A stretch of DNA of 64,000 nt from a phage, in the NCBI GenBank assembly GCA_018015315.1, contig GCA_018015315.1_3629.1. The stretch is one strand, 5' to 3'. This document shows, one piece after another, positions 28,854 to 39,407 of this stretch (within the stretch, counting starts at the first letter, position 1; each line of letters opens with the position of its first letter). Under the pieces are notes generated by a model. The model searched no databases and was not told where the DNA came from. It was given only the letters and a program-made list of their open reading frames with translations. A program made the position numbers and the translations under genes.

Positions 28854-31800
28854 TATTCAACACTCTCCATCATAAGTTGGGTATCTGTCAGCGCAGAGTT
28901 CCAAACTCTTATGTCCTTAATATGACCAAACAAATGTCTTTCTCCTGTTGCCGTTTGACCACCGATACGGATGAAAGCTCCTCCTGCCAGGAACTCCCAA
29001 GAAGACTGTGTTTCAGTGCTCACCAGTCCGTTAGCAAAAGAGCAAGTTTTACCGTCTTCTTTTATCCTGAACCCCATCTTCAGTTTACGCGCTTTAGCCA
29101 TCTCGTAGACACGTCTGTTTGACCCTCCAATATCGCAGTATGGATACCCATCCTCTGCAATATTTGTTGCAGAACCAAACCCGAGAATAAAAGCTGCGCT
29201 CGTCTGGTGTCCTTCTGTGTCTATAACCCTAGGGGCTGCGTTAGGAGCTTTGCCCCAACCTCTCCAGTTAGCATCCACAGTAGCGGCGATAGTGAACGGT
29301 CTAGGTGCTAAGTTATCCGTCATCGGGAATTTGCAAAGGTCTGCCGCTCTAGTTACAGGTGAAGATCCTGTGGGAATAAACGAGGACTCGCAAGAACCTA
29401 ACTCAAATTGAGGTATTGCAACATCAACCCAATCCCCTACAACATGCTGAGCACCTTCAGGTGGAGAAATCTGGAACTGGCACCCGATATTCTTGTCAGA
29501 GGCCACTGCCTCAAACGTAGCGGCAATCCTTACCCAAGCAGGTCCGGCTGTTTGCCATCTCTCAGCTTTTACTTTAATTCTCCCAGCTGCACCACCTGTT
29601 GTTTTAACTTCAAGTGTTGACAGGTTAACATAAGCGTCACCTTGGAATACTGTGGTGGATCCGTCATACATGTCGAATCTTACACGTAATCTCTGGTTCG
29701 CTTTACCTCCCCTTGCAATAATAGACCCAGTACAGAATTTCTCAGCACCTGTCACATCGGCACCTCTGGTGGCTGGAACTGTAGCAAGGTTTAACGCTGT
29801 TGTTTCCACACCGGATGCAGTGTTTACTGTAAATCTTGCACCTTTTGTGCCGTTGGTGTTTGTTACAGTACCACCAACAGTAATCTGTTGACTGGCTCCC
29901 CACTTGCTAGGATCTTCACTGTTGAGCATCAGGTTTGTCCTTTGCCCTTCAATGAGCAAACCATCTCTTTCGAAACGAGGTTGGTTAGCCTGTGCAACAA
30001 CCATAACACCACGTTTAGTGAAATAGGTCGCTGTAGACGGTCTGGAGAACACCATCTCACCTTCACCTAATACAGGTTTCAGGTTAGAAGTCAAAGGCAA
30101 CCACAAGTCAGGCATCACCGGAGCAGTTGTGCTTTCTGGGAAGCTTGTTCTCTTCCACTGGCTCCAAGCCATTCCGTTTCCAATGTTATTGTAATACCTT
30201 TCCCATGTTCCGCCAAGATACATCTTGTAGATCTGGATACAACCAGTGCCTTCGTTAGCAGAGTTTCTCAGCACGATCAGTGTGCCAGCCATCTGCTGTC
30301 CCGGCGGGTAGTTTCTTTCCGCTGTGGCGTTGGCATTTGCCTCTTGATGGTAAATACCTTCACGATCTGCCTTGTAATCGTTAAGGTTGTTAGTTCCCAA
30401 TCCTTGACCACGGTGCTGAATAACCTTGTTCCACGCTCTGTGGTTTCCCTGCTCTATGGAACGGGTATACAACTGGTCTAAACGACCTGCGATCTGGAAG
30501 GCATAGTTTCCAGAGAATGCCACAGACAACCCACCAACAACCATCGAACCTTCAGGTCCGTTGACATTGCCAGCCATTATTTTGGACGGGTTATTGTTGC
30601 CGAACTGGTTGTTCCAGTCAGCCCCTGTGTGGCATACAAAACCACCAGGTGCAGAGAAAGTGCCGTCTTTGTTGAAGTTATAGAATCTATGAGCAGAACC
30701 TACAACATCACGAACAATAACTTGACCCGCTTCTGGAGTAGATCTAAACTCCGCTTGACCTTTGAGATCAGCACCATTACCACATTTAGAGGTAAACGTA
30801 CCGTTAGTTAGATCCTCTGTTCCATCCGATGCACACTGGAATCCTGCATTAGAGAATAACGCCTTTCTAGGACTTCCGTAGCACAGATAGTCAATACCGT
30901 CTGCCCAGAGCTCAACTTTAGGCATGTTCATTTTGCTCATCACCGCATAGCGTTCAGCTGAGCCTATATAGTGCCACTGTGTGCCACCACCAGTGTAGAA
31001 TCCAGAGGTACCTTTGAAGTCAACAATAGGTCTGGTGTTGGTATTGTTATCTCCAAGAACAGCAAGATTCAAATCTGCCGACTGGAGAGGTGCAACAAAC
31101 TTAACCCCGTCCTGATTGTTTGTTACAGAACCAACCTGGTAGTCTTGTTCTTTGGTAAACACCTCTAAAACATTTCTACTTGCGTATATGCTGACAGGGA
31201 AAGCACGCGCCTCTGCATAGAAAGCAACATATTCTTGTTTACCCCTTGTTGGAGCAACCATCCCAAGAATTGCTTTTTCATTCTGGTAGAAATTTACTAC
31301 TCCGTAGAAAGAGTCCCCTCTATCTGTCCACCCACCAGTTCTATAATGACACTGTAAGGTAGCACAGTTCATGGGGTCACCACCAGATGACGACCTAGTA
31401 ACTATGGTAATATCGGTGCCAGTAGCTGGAGCATAATACGGATCTGTTCTAACTATAATTGGGTAGTATTTCCCATCTTCCATCCCTGCGGTTCTTGGCA
31501 GCGTTAAGAAATCTTTTACGCCTGCAGCTATAGGAACTCTAAACAGATTCTGAGCCTCTGCCAAAGTTGTAGCCCCAGTACCACCTGCGGCTTGCGGTAA
31601 AGGTTCCCACTTGGCCTTCCGGTTGTTATAAACACCCCATTCCAGAGTGCCGTTACCGGATTCATCCATCCCGCCATCCCAGATGACCATCTTGGCGGCT
31701 TTCTTGGATCCCCAGAAGCCTCTTTCTGCTCCTGAACTACGGATCCACTCTCCGAGTCCCCAGTTTGTCAGCTGACCAGTAAGATCCCCAACCTGCATGT

Positions 31801-33292
31801 ATTTAGGGCAGTCTAGCACGCCGTCTTCGCGGAAACCTAAATATCTATGGGTTTCAGATCCTTTTGCACCTTTGTGCAGGTGGATTGTCAACCAAGCCTT
31901 ATTGTCGTTTCTTACCTCAGAATAGATCCTATAACCATGCTCAAGAACACCATCAGTATTATATTTATCTCCATGGAGAATACCTGAGGCAGATTTAACA
32001 TCTCCAGAGTATTGAGCTAAGTAAAGGTGCCCGAAGGCTGGTGAGTTGTTTTTACCAAGGCCGATATGAGATCTGAAGGTATCATCGTTACGAGGTCTGA
32101 CCATCGGCTGCCATGCAGTCCACTGATTTGTGTTGGCCTGATAGGTTCTCAAATACCAAACATCTACGTTAGAGAATGGATAGTATTCCTGACGACAACC
32201 TGCACCGCCGTTAGCATTGTTCTGCCAAACAATCAGGTGACCAGCACCAGAACCTGCTGGGTAACCATTTGCCTCGGTGGCATTGGCAGTCATGGGCTGG
32301 TAGTATACACCATCCTGATTGCCAGTCAAATTGTTAATATTGAAATTTGCCTCAAGGGCTGCACGTTGTTTATAAAAAGTTCCTAAATTAATACGTGCAC
32401 CTGCGGCATCTCTGGCACCTGTACCACCTTGCTCTATAGCAAGAGGTTGCCATGAAGATGTCTGTTGGTTCCACATGCCCCAACGACCTGTTGCATCAAG
32501 CTGCAAGTACCCGGCTGTGTTTACATCATCACCAGCACGAATAACGGTTCTTGTTGGGCTGTTTGCCTCTAGGCGTTTAAATTCATCACGAAGTGCTATT
32601 CTTTTTGTTGTTGCTACACCGTTGGTTACTGCAATGGTGTACATAGCTCCGGAGGTAGCGCCACGGAAAATACCATCAACAGTTGTAGTATCACGACGAG
32701 ATACCACACCGTTCAGGAATTTTTCACCAGCTGCTACAGAAGGGTAGTTAGTAGTTCTTCCCTCTTCAATAACTGCAGGGCCAACAAAATTGACAAGGTG
32801 AATAACATCGCCTACAGTGTGCACGGTACCAAAATCTACCCGCTGTGCAAGTGCTTTAGCATCGTTGGCGGTCTTAACTGTAACATCCATTACATCCTGG
32901 ACAGACTGGCCTTCAGCTGTCATAATCATGGATGCGCCAATAGTTGATTCCAGCTCCTCTCTTAATGATGGATCTGTATATACCATCCATGCAGCATCAG
33001 TAATCCCACCATCGGAGTACGGTGAAGATAGTGCAGGAACGGTGTGCGGAAATTCGCCTTTCCAACGCAGGTAGAGGTCTTCCTCTTCGAAGTAGGCAAA
33101 ATCCATTGGGCCGTTTAACTTACCACCTTCCTTAAAGGAGATTACATGAGAAACAGTCCCATCCACATGGACAACATCGCCAATTTTTACACGACGGGTC
33201 AGGTCTGGTTGTTGAACAACCAGGTAATCATCCTCTGTCACTGCGGTAGTGGCAGGAAGAGATTCAATTCTGACAACTTTAATATCAGCCAT
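28853..33292 (-). CDS. large tailspike / tail fiber protein (1479 aa)
   Basis: N-terminal ~100 aa homologous to the 222-aa protein at 35927..36595 (DDYLVVQQPDLTRRVKIGDVV / FKEGGKLNGPMDFAY); long Gly/Thr/Asn-rich body. Confidence 0.65.
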   Translation of the reverse strand: MADIKVVRIESLPATTAVTEDDYLVVQQPDLTRRVKIGDVVHVDGTVSHVISFKEGGKLNGPMDFAYFEEEDLYLRWKGEFPHTVPALSSPYSDGGITDAAWMVYTDPSLREELESTIGASMIMTAEGQSVQDVMDVTVKTANDAKALAQRVDFGTVHTVGDVIHLVNFVGPAVIEEGRTTNYPSVAAGEKFLNGVVSRRDTTTVDGIFRGATSGAMYTIAVTNGVATTKRIALRDEFKRLEANSPTRTVIRAGDDVNTAGYLQLDATGRWGMWNQQTSSWQPLAIEQGGTGARDAAGARINLGTFYKQRAALEANFNINNLTGNQDGVYYQPMTANATEANGYPAGSGAGHLIVWQNNANGGAGCRQEYYPFSNVDVWYLRTYQANTNQWTAWQPMVRPRNDDTFRSHIGLGKNNSPAFGHLYLAQYSGDVKSASGILHGDKYNTDGVLEHGYRIYSEVRNDNKAWLTIHLHKGAKGSETHRYLGFREDGVLDCPKYMQVGDLTGQLTNWGLGEWIRSSGAERGFWGSKKAAKMVIWDGGMDESGNGTLEWGVYNNRKAKWEPLPQAAGGTGATTLAEAQNLFRVPIAAGVKDFLTLPRTAGMEDGKYYPIIVRTDPYYAPATGTDITIVTRSSSGGDPMNCATLQCHYRTGGWTDRGDSFYGVVNFYQNEKAILGMVAPTRGKQEYVAFYAEARAFPVSIYASRNVLEVFTKEQDYQVGSVTNNQDGVKFVAPLQSADLNLAVLGDNNTNTRPIVDFKGTSGFYTGGGTQWHYIGSAERYAVMSKMNMPKVELWADGIDYLCYGSPRKALFSNAGFQCASDGTEDLTNGTFTSKCGNGADLKGQAEFRSTPEAGQVIVRDVVGSAHRFYNFNKDGTFSAPGGFVCHTGADWNNQFGNNNPSKIMAGNVNGPEGSMVVGGLSVAFSGNYAFQIAGRLDQLYTRSIEQGNHRAWNKVIQHRGQGLGTNNLNDYKADREGIYHQEANANATAERNYPPGQQMAGTLIVLRNSANEGTGCIQIYKMYLGGTWERYYNNIGNGMAWSQWKRTSFPESTTAPVMPDLWLPLTSNLKPVLGEGEMVFSRPSTATYFTKRGVMVVAQANQPRFERDGLLIEGQRTNLMLNSEDPSKWGASQQITVGGTVTNTNGTKGARFTVNTASGVETTALNLATVPATRGADVTGAEKFCTGSIIARGGKANQRLRVRFDMYDGSTTVFQGDAYVNLSTLEVKTTGGAAGRIKVKAERWQTAGPAWVRIAATFEAVASDKNIGCQFQISPPEGAQHVVGDWVDVAIPQFELGSCESSFIPTGSSPVTRAADLCKFPMTDNLAPRPFTIAATVDANWRGWGKAPNAAPRVIDTEGHQTSAAFILGFGSATNIAEDGYPYCDIGGSNRRVYEMAKARKLKMGFRIKEDGKTCSFANGLVSTETQSSWEFLAGGAFIRIGGQTATGERHLFGHIKDIRVWNSALTDTQLMMESVE

Positions 33293-33327
33293 TCTTTCTC
33301 CTGAAAGGGGGCAAACAGCCCCCTATG

Positions 33328-35925
33328 TTAAAGGTACAATCCACGGTATTGAGCATAAAGGCCCAGACCGCGAAGGATTTCGCCAGAGTGATAGCCCACC
33401 GGATCAGAAACTGCCCAGCAGCCGTTTAAAACATTATCCCCATTGATGAAGTGGTGCTTTTGCAGTAGCTTCATACAGGCTTCTACAACAATGTCTATTT
33501 GAGGTATTGTCTCTGAATACCCGCACAGACCTAGCCAGCAGCAACCTGCAAGCCATTCACCTACCACCCACATCCTGTCCCCTCTGTCTTGATAAGAATA
33601 TCCCCCAGAGGTGTTAAAGTCTGTAGGCAGATTTCCTGAATGAGATGACTGGAATCTGTTGAGGAACCATGCCCATTTCTGGCAGAACAGGAATAATCTT
33701 TCATCAACAGGTTCTTTATGTTTCTTGAGCTCATAGATTGTGCGGCACGCAGCAACAAAAGATCTTGACTGGAGCTTAGAGTTATCTACCATCTCCCACC
33801 AACCAGTCAGCCCTTCATTACCTCTCTGCCATACATAACGCGAGGCAACTGGACCCTCTGTCTTAAATGTATTATTATACCAGACTTGAGCGTCATACAG
33901 AAAGCCTATTGTATTTGACAATCTATGGCGATCTATGTTTTCTGCACCCATGCAGTATACTGCTGGGTATTGCATGCCAGGGTAGGGCCAATTTGGCTTT
34001 TCCTCTAAGAGATAGTTTTCCTTATCTATCACCTTTCCGGCAGGGAACACACCTGGTGTGTGCCTGTATGCACCTTGCTTGTAGTTTCTGACATAGCAAT
34101 CACCAACCTTAGCGGTTGATTCTGTCTTGCTTGCCATCCATACGCTAAACCATATTAGATAAGCATCCCTATCTGCAATATAGAACTGCGGCAGCGTGTT
34201 TACGCAGTACAGATCAAACAAGCCATTACCTATCTGCCTGTCGCTTAGGCTGAAATCTACAGAGGTGAGCCCCTTAGGATTAGCAAAGAAAGGTTTAATC
34301 TCTTCTTCGGTGTGATGAGGTTGTGTCGGATCTAGTTTGAAATCTCCTAGAGTAAGAGTTTCTGTTATCCATTGTCCATTAGTGGCATATAGATCAGCAT
34401 ACCATAACCACCTATCTTTGTCAAGAAATTTGACCCTTACCATCTCATCATCTGATCGATAAGTTACTGAGTTTAAAGAAATCTCTCTCCCAAAATTGAA
34501 AGTTACTTTACCTCTTGCTATATTACAACGGGTGAAGTTGTCAGAGTGGTTGTAAATGTCGGTATCATACTGCATACTAACACTAGCGCCACCGCTTACG
34601 ACAATGTTTTCCTCTTTAGGTAAGAGATACGGATTACCGTCTTTACCAACTACCTCTACGAAATCAGTAACCTTGGCAACTATTTCTGTTACCTCTGCCC
34701 CTCCAAAAGGAACCCCTATCCTGTACTGTTTTTTGTTATTGTTGCCATCATTAAGGATGAAATGTGGCTGGAACAGAACCCCTTCTCCTCCGAAATTCAT
34801 AACAATTTCAGCATCTCTGCCTATTTTGTATGTAGTCCCTTTTTGAATTATTTCGCAAGGCTGGCGTGCGTTCATTCTAAAATTGATATACCCGTCACTG
34901 TCCCTGCTCATGGCAGGAACTGTTCCTGCAACAAGGCAAGTACCATCTGTAAACGGTGCCTTAATCAACGTGGTCTTCCTAAACAGTTTGTCGTAGGCGT
35001 TTATATCACTGAAATTAAGCAATTTGTTGTAAGACTGTTTAAACGCGGTGTAATACTTTTCCTCACCTGTCAAGGTGTAGAGTTGATAACAAGCGTCACA
35101 CCACATTTCTTCCCCGTCCAACTCTGGGGCCTGATTATCTGCAACCACGTTTATAGGATTTACAATTACAGGGGATCCTGCAGGTATCACCGATCCGCCC
35201 TGCTCTTGAGGTAATCTTACACAATAGGTCACCTTGTGGCTGCCTGTAACACCCTTATCTTGTAATTGGATTGTGCCGAACTCTACAGACGTATGACCAC
35301 TGTCGGCTATGCTACCGTTAGCCCAATAGCGGTTACCATCCCATGCTATGTACCACTCAACCCACCAACTTAATCCGGATGTTGTCCAATCTGGGTTAGC
35401 ATCTGTGCCACCGTAAACATCAGAGTCTACAGTGTTTCTTCCTAACACACCGTTATACGCTTGGAATGCCTTGTCAAGGTATTCCCCCCATGTCGGAGAT
35501 CCAGCTGGGATTTTTCCTCTACCGTTGGTAAAAGACACCACCACATCTTTAAACCCACCATGTGATGGAACCCCATCTGTGGATAGAGGGTAGTGGGACA
35601 ATCTTTGCATTTTACTTTCTACTGCATATGCACCCAGAAGATGGCTATTGTAAGCTTCCCAAGCATCTTTTGCCCTATCCAGATAGAAATCGCTTTTCGA
35701 TGCCCTGTATGCTTCAATGTATCCCAGAATCAACACAGCTTGGGACTCATGCATTGCCCAATCATTATTTATCTTATTACCTGCCCACCCTGCAGCTATA
35801 AGACCATCAGGGTTTACTAGCTTATTTTGTGTAGAGGTGTTGGTAATACCTGTGTTGTTATCGAGGCACTTCCTGTGCCCCTCAATCATCTGAAATACGT
35901 TATCAATGTTATGTTGAATACGCAT
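33328..35925 (-). CDS. virion-associated putative glycoside hydrolase / depolymerase
   Basis: 865 aa, rich in aromatic residues; lacks the shared N-terminal anchor domain; coupled 1 nt after the 222-aa gene. Confidence 0.5.
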   Translation of the reverse strand: MRIQHNIDNVFQMIEGHRKCLDNNTGITNTSTQNKLVNPDGLIAAGWAGNKINNDWAMHESQAVLILGYIEAYRASKSDFYLDRAKDAWEAYNSHLLGAYAVESKMQRLSHYPLSTDGVPSHGGFKDVVVSFTNGRGKIPAGSPTWGEYLDKAFQAYNGVLGRNTVDSDVYGGTDANPDWTTSGLSWWVEWYIAWDGNRYWANGSIADSGHTSVEFGTIQLQDKGVTGSHKVTYCVRLPQEQGGSVIPAGSPVIVNPINVVADNQAPELDGEEMWCDACYQLYTLTGEEKYYTAFKQSYNKLLNFSDINAYDKLFRKTTLIKAPFTDGTCLVAGTVPAMSRDSDGYINFRMNARQPCEIIQKGTTYKIGRDAEIVMNFGGEGVLFQPHFILNDGNNNKKQYRIGVPFGGAEVTEIVAKVTDFVEVVGKDGNPYLLPKEENIVVSGGASVSMQYDTDIYNHSDNFTRCNIARGKVTFNFGREISLNSVTYRSDDEMVRVKFLDKDRWLWYADLYATNGQWITETLTLGDFKLDPTQPHHTEEEIKPFFANPKGLTSVDFSLSDRQIGNGLFDLYCVNTLPQFYIADRDAYLIWFSVWMASKTESTAKVGDCYVRNYKQGAYRHTPGVFPAGKVIDKENYLLEEKPNWPYPGMQYPAVYCMGAENIDRHRLSNTIGFLYDAQVWYNNTFKTEGPVASRYVWQRGNEGLTGWWEMVDNSKLQSRSFVAACRTIYELKKHKEPVDERLFLFCQKWAWFLNRFQSSHSGNLPTDFNTSGGYSYQDRGDRMWVVGEWLAGCCWLGLCGYSETIPQIDIVVEACMKLLQKHHFINGDNVLNGCWAVSDPVGYHSGEILRGLGLYAQYRGLYL

Positions 35926-35926
35926 C

Positions 35927-36595
35927 TTAGATAGCTCCTGCGATAATCAGTGCCCCGTACCAAGTTAACCCGTTGTCGTAGGTTTCCAACTTGAAAATAT
36001 CTGTTGCACCAGCTGTAAATGTTAGGATAGGATCTCTTCCGTAGGACCATTTAACATTACCAGGCCAATAGACTTTGTTGCCGCCAGAGGTCTGAGTAAT
36101 GCATACGGTTATAGTTCTCGCCACCCCTTCAAGACCTTCTGTTTGATTTTCAAAAGAGATTGTGGTATTTGAAGTTAGTCGAACCTTAAAGGTATCCGCA
36201 ACTTCAAGATCCATATCAAGCTGACCACCGATAGATCCGTAATCAACTATTCTGCCAGAAGAAGTTGCAGCAAGCTCACCAAAAACAGACCAGGCATTTG
36301 CAGACACGCCCCCAGCACCCTCTACGGTGGAGTCTGGGAGGATTATTTTAGGATAATCCCCGTTCCACGTGTAGTAGCGCTTAGTCTCTGGGTCATAAGC
36401 AAAGTCCTTCTTGCTCTTAAGATAACCACCCTCTGTGAAATAGACTATCTTAGTAATACTAAGATCGTTGACAACATCGTCAATCTTAGCCTTTCTTGTC
36501 CCATCAGTCTGGTTGACAACCAAGAAGTCATCACTCAGGACTGTTTCTGCATCTTCAAGATCTGGAATTGGTATTGTAGGATAAGCTACAGCCAT
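35927..36595 (-). CDS. tailspike N-terminal anchor-domain protein
   Basis: 222 aa; N-terminus homologous to that of the 1479-aa tailspike. Confidence 0.55.
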   Translation of the reverse strand: MAVAYPTIPIPDLEDAETVLSDDFLVVNQTDGTRKAKIDDVVNDLSITKIVYFTEGGYLKSKKDFAYDPETKRYYTWNGDYPKIILPDSTVEGAGGVSANAWSVFGELAATSSGRIVDYGSIGGQLDMDLEVADTFKVRLTSNTTISFENQTEGLEGVARTITVCITQTSGGNKVYWPGNVKWSYGRDPILTFTAGATDIFKLETYDNGLTWYGALIIAGAI

Positions 36596-36604
36596 GATTT
36601 CTCC

Positions 36605-37321
36605 TTAGTTAACATCAATAGCACGACCAGACTGGTTGGCAATAGCCTCATCATTGGAGGTAGCAATAACACCAGAGTATTCGCGCTCATCTGGAGCAAG
36701 CGTCCAGGTATTGCGGTTAATGGTTTGTTCTGCCTCAGTCATCAGCAGATCTTTATCCTGAGTCAACAGAGAGCCTACAGGGATCGGGTTTTCCATCTCA
36801 GGGCCAGCATACTGGTTCCACCATGTGGCATCTCCTGTTCTAGGCAATCTGAAGTTGATCAGATAGTACAGTTTATTAGCCCACTTAATCCAACCCTCAT
36901 CATCACAGAGAGAGGTTGTCCCAGAATCAGGCTGTGGGTAGGTGAACTGATCAAGACCTACGAAAGCCAGCCTTACAATCTCGTTCTCTTTGGTAACAAC
37001 CTCAAAGAACGCTTGGTATGTTCTCGATCTTCGATCCATGGTAGACTGGAAGTTTATGATGTTTAGCACATCCGGCTCTTGTCTTGCCACTTCCATGATC
37101 TTGTTATCAAGAACAGTCTTCATGACCTTCTTACTGAGAAAGTCCATATAAGGGAAGCCAAACAACTCGTCAAAGTACCAGCTCCCCTTCCACGTATTAA
37201 ACCTCATCCACAAGCGCTGGCGCAGACTTACCTGGTTTGAATCTATCAACTCAAGACCTTTGTCTATCGCCAAATCGCCTGTCTGTGGGTCCATCAATAT
37301 ATCACTATAAAGCGTAGCCAT
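36605..37321 (-). CDS. baseplate wedge protein (gp25/GPW-like N-terminal domain)
   Basis: 238 aa; N-terminal GDLAIDKG...LRQRLWMRFNTWKGSWYFDELFGFPY resembles the GPW/gp25 family signature. Confidence 0.55.
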   Translation of the reverse strand: MATLYSDILMDPQTGDLAIDKGLELIDSNQVSLRQRLWMRFNTWKGSWYFDELFGFPYMDFLSKKVMKTVLDNKIMEVARQEPDVLNIINFQSTMDRRSRTYQAFFEVVTKENEIVRLAFVGLDQFTYPQPDSGTTSLCDDEGWIKWANKLYYLINFRLPRTGDATWWNQYAGPEMENPIPVGSLLTQDKDLLMTEAEQTINRNTWTLAPDEREYSGVIATSNDEAIANQSGRAIDVN

Positions 37322-37333
37322 GAAAGCCCTCTA

Positions 37334-38011
37334 TTAGTGCGGTCCACTTGTCTCGCCATCAGGGCAAGAGTGGGTATGACCTTTATATTCTGCATAGAAT
37401 GAATCCAAATCCACGCCAGCAGCAGTTATAATTCTACCAGATGGGTCTATTGTAGCACCATTCATTCTGATATTTCCATCCACAGCAGCTCGCAAATTGG
37501 CAGCACCGTTAGTGAAAGAGAACTCTCCGCTGCTGTCGCACCGTAATGTCCCACCAGGTGTTTGAAGCTCAAAATCACCAGAAGGTGTCAGTTTAAAATA
37601 AACCCTATCATTCCATAACTCTACGTTATCAGGATCGATCTGTAAAGCGTTTGAGTCTGAATGAACAGAGGTGATTGCCCACCCAGGAAACAGGCCGTGA
37701 GTTTGTTGATCATCGTTATTGTTTTCATTTCTCTCTGAAAACTGCAATCCTACAACATCTCCAGCCTTAATAGGAAGTGTTAACCTTGCCTTTCCGCTGT
37801 TTGCAGACATCACCTGAATTGGAACGTCATAGATAAGAGGGTATCTCTCCACATCCCCGTCATCAAACGTGGTTTCAGCAATTGGCTGCACGGCTGCAGA
37901 AGGGATACTGTAGTCTACACTGACAACTCTGGCCCTGATACTGGTGTGGTAGTCCCTCATTATTTTTTCTATGAAGGATCTTACAGCAGCATCTTTCCTA
38001 TTTATTGCCAT
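37334..38011 (-). CDS. putative baseplate central spike protein
   Basis: 225 aa; position in the baseplate block; C-terminal HTHSCPDGETSGPH suggests a metal-binding apex. Confidence 0.45.
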   Translation of the reverse strand: MAINRKDAAVRSFIEKIMRDYHTSIRARVVSVDYSIPSAAVQPIAETTFDDGDVERYPLIYDVPIQVMSANSGKARLTLPIKAGDVVGLQFSERNENNNDDQQTHGLFPGWAITSVHSDSNALQIDPDNVELWNDRVYFKLTPSGDFELQTPGGTLRCDSSGEFSFTNGAANLRAAVDGNIRMNGATIDPSGRIITAAGVDLDSFYAEYKGHTHSCPDGETSGPH

Positions 38012-39015
38012 TATACCTCCTCAGTTTTGTCAACAACTCCACCCACTGTTTCCCCAAGGCCAAGCTCTGTAGTGTAATCACCACCTTCTATGGTGCCCTT
38101 ATGATGCACCGTGATCACCTTATAGAAGCCTGTATATTGCTTGCTTTTAAGATAAATAGTGGACTCTGGGAGGATAGCTCCGTTAAGGCATGTGGTTACA
38201 GTAAGGCCAACATCCTCTCTCGGGTTTTTCTTTTTCTTTTTAGATGTCGAACCACCTTTGGCAGCAGCTTTAGCTTTTCGTTTTTTAGCAGGTTCTGGGT
38301 TTTTAGGGGTAGGAGACCCGTGCATCCCAGACTCTGCACTTATTTCAAACACAGAGTCTTTGAACCTTTTTCCAACCTTGGTCCAATACAAAGCCCCATC
38401 CTGAACGCTAAATGTGGAGTTGGTCAGCCTTGCAAACCTGCGGAGGTTCTCTGCAGTGTTTCCAGAGAAAGCCATAGAGTATTGCAAAGTCTGGTTTCCA
38501 AAACCAACAACCCTACCTTTTGGCAAGTTCATATCCTTCAGCAGGTCATTAAGCACAGAGTTCAGAGGTGTGCCTTTCTGATAAGATCTTGTGCTTTGGC
38601 ACTTAATGATGTTCTCAGTGCCATCCCCGAAGATGAACTTAGTTTTTCTGGTCGGACCTTCCCATCTGTCTTCAACAAACTCCACAGTTCCGGAGAATAT
38701 TAACTGGTTCTCATCATCATAGCCAGCCTCAAACATAACTGCAAGGGCATCAGCCTGATGCATATCCAGATAGTTAACTGTATCGTCAGACAGGTTGTAA
38801 ACTGTCACATAACCTTTGTTTGGCTCTTTGGTATTGTCCTTTTGTATGTCAAACTCTATATTGGCAGCACCAGTGTCTGAGCTAACTTCATAAACTCCGG
38901 AATCACTCTCCCCTTTCTTTTCAACAGATTTTGGGATATTGGTTTTTGATTTACCACCATGCTCTACCGGACGACCAAACAATAATCGCCATGTTCTACG
39001 TCTGTACTCTGCCAT
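38011..39015 (-). CDS. putative baseplate hub protein
   Basis: 334 aa with a Lys-rich linker; ATGA-coupled. Confidence 0.45.
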   Translation of the reverse strand: MAEYRRRTWRLLFGRPVEHGGKSKTNIPKSVEKKGESDSGVYEVSSDTGAANIEFDIQKDNTKEPNKGYVTVYNLSDDTVNYLDMHQADALAVMFEAGYDDENQLIFSGTVEFVEDRWEGPTRKTKFIFGDGTENIIKCQSTRSYQKGTPLNSVLNDLLKDMNLPKGRVVGFGNQTLQYSMAFSGNTAENLRRFARLTNSTFSVQDGALYWTKVGKRFKDSVFEISAESGMHGSPTPKNPEPAKKRKAKAAAKGGSTSKKKKKNPREDVGLTVTTCLNGAILPESTIYLKSKQYTGFYKVITVHHKGTIEGGDYTTELGLGETVGGVVDKTEEV

Positions 39016-39395
39016 TATTCTAACCCTTGCTGTTCCTTGTAAAGATCAACCGGGGTGCCGTATACAAGTTGTAGCTCAGATCTCGCCCCAAGGTTATATC
39101 TTCCAACTCTACCCCAATATTGATCGTCTTTAAACGACAGCACCATCAGTCTTCCTTTCGGTAAATCATCTCTGTAATGCAGTCCGTCTAAAATATCTTG
39201 GCAAGCTGTTACTTTTCTGGTTACTAAAGGGCTATCACCTACTGGACCAAGAGATAACCACCAGGACTCATCCCTCTCATTCCATTGCATACGCATTTCA
39301 TACGTTTCATTGTCTAAAACAACACGCATGGTTTGGTCAGGAAAGCCGTCAATGTCCCACACAAAGGTGATTATGCACCAATCTTTAAGCTCCAT
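39015..39395 (-). CDS. hypothetical tail protein
   Basis: 126-aa ORF. Confidence 0.45.
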   Translation of the reverse strand: MELKDWCIITFVWDIDGFPDQTMRVVLDNETYEMRMQWNERDESWWLSLGPVGDSPLVTRKVTACQDILDGLHYRDDLPKGRLMVLSFKDDQYWGRVGRYNLGARSELQLVYGTPVDLYKEQQGLE

Positions 39396-39407
39396 TATAC
39401 GCTCCCC

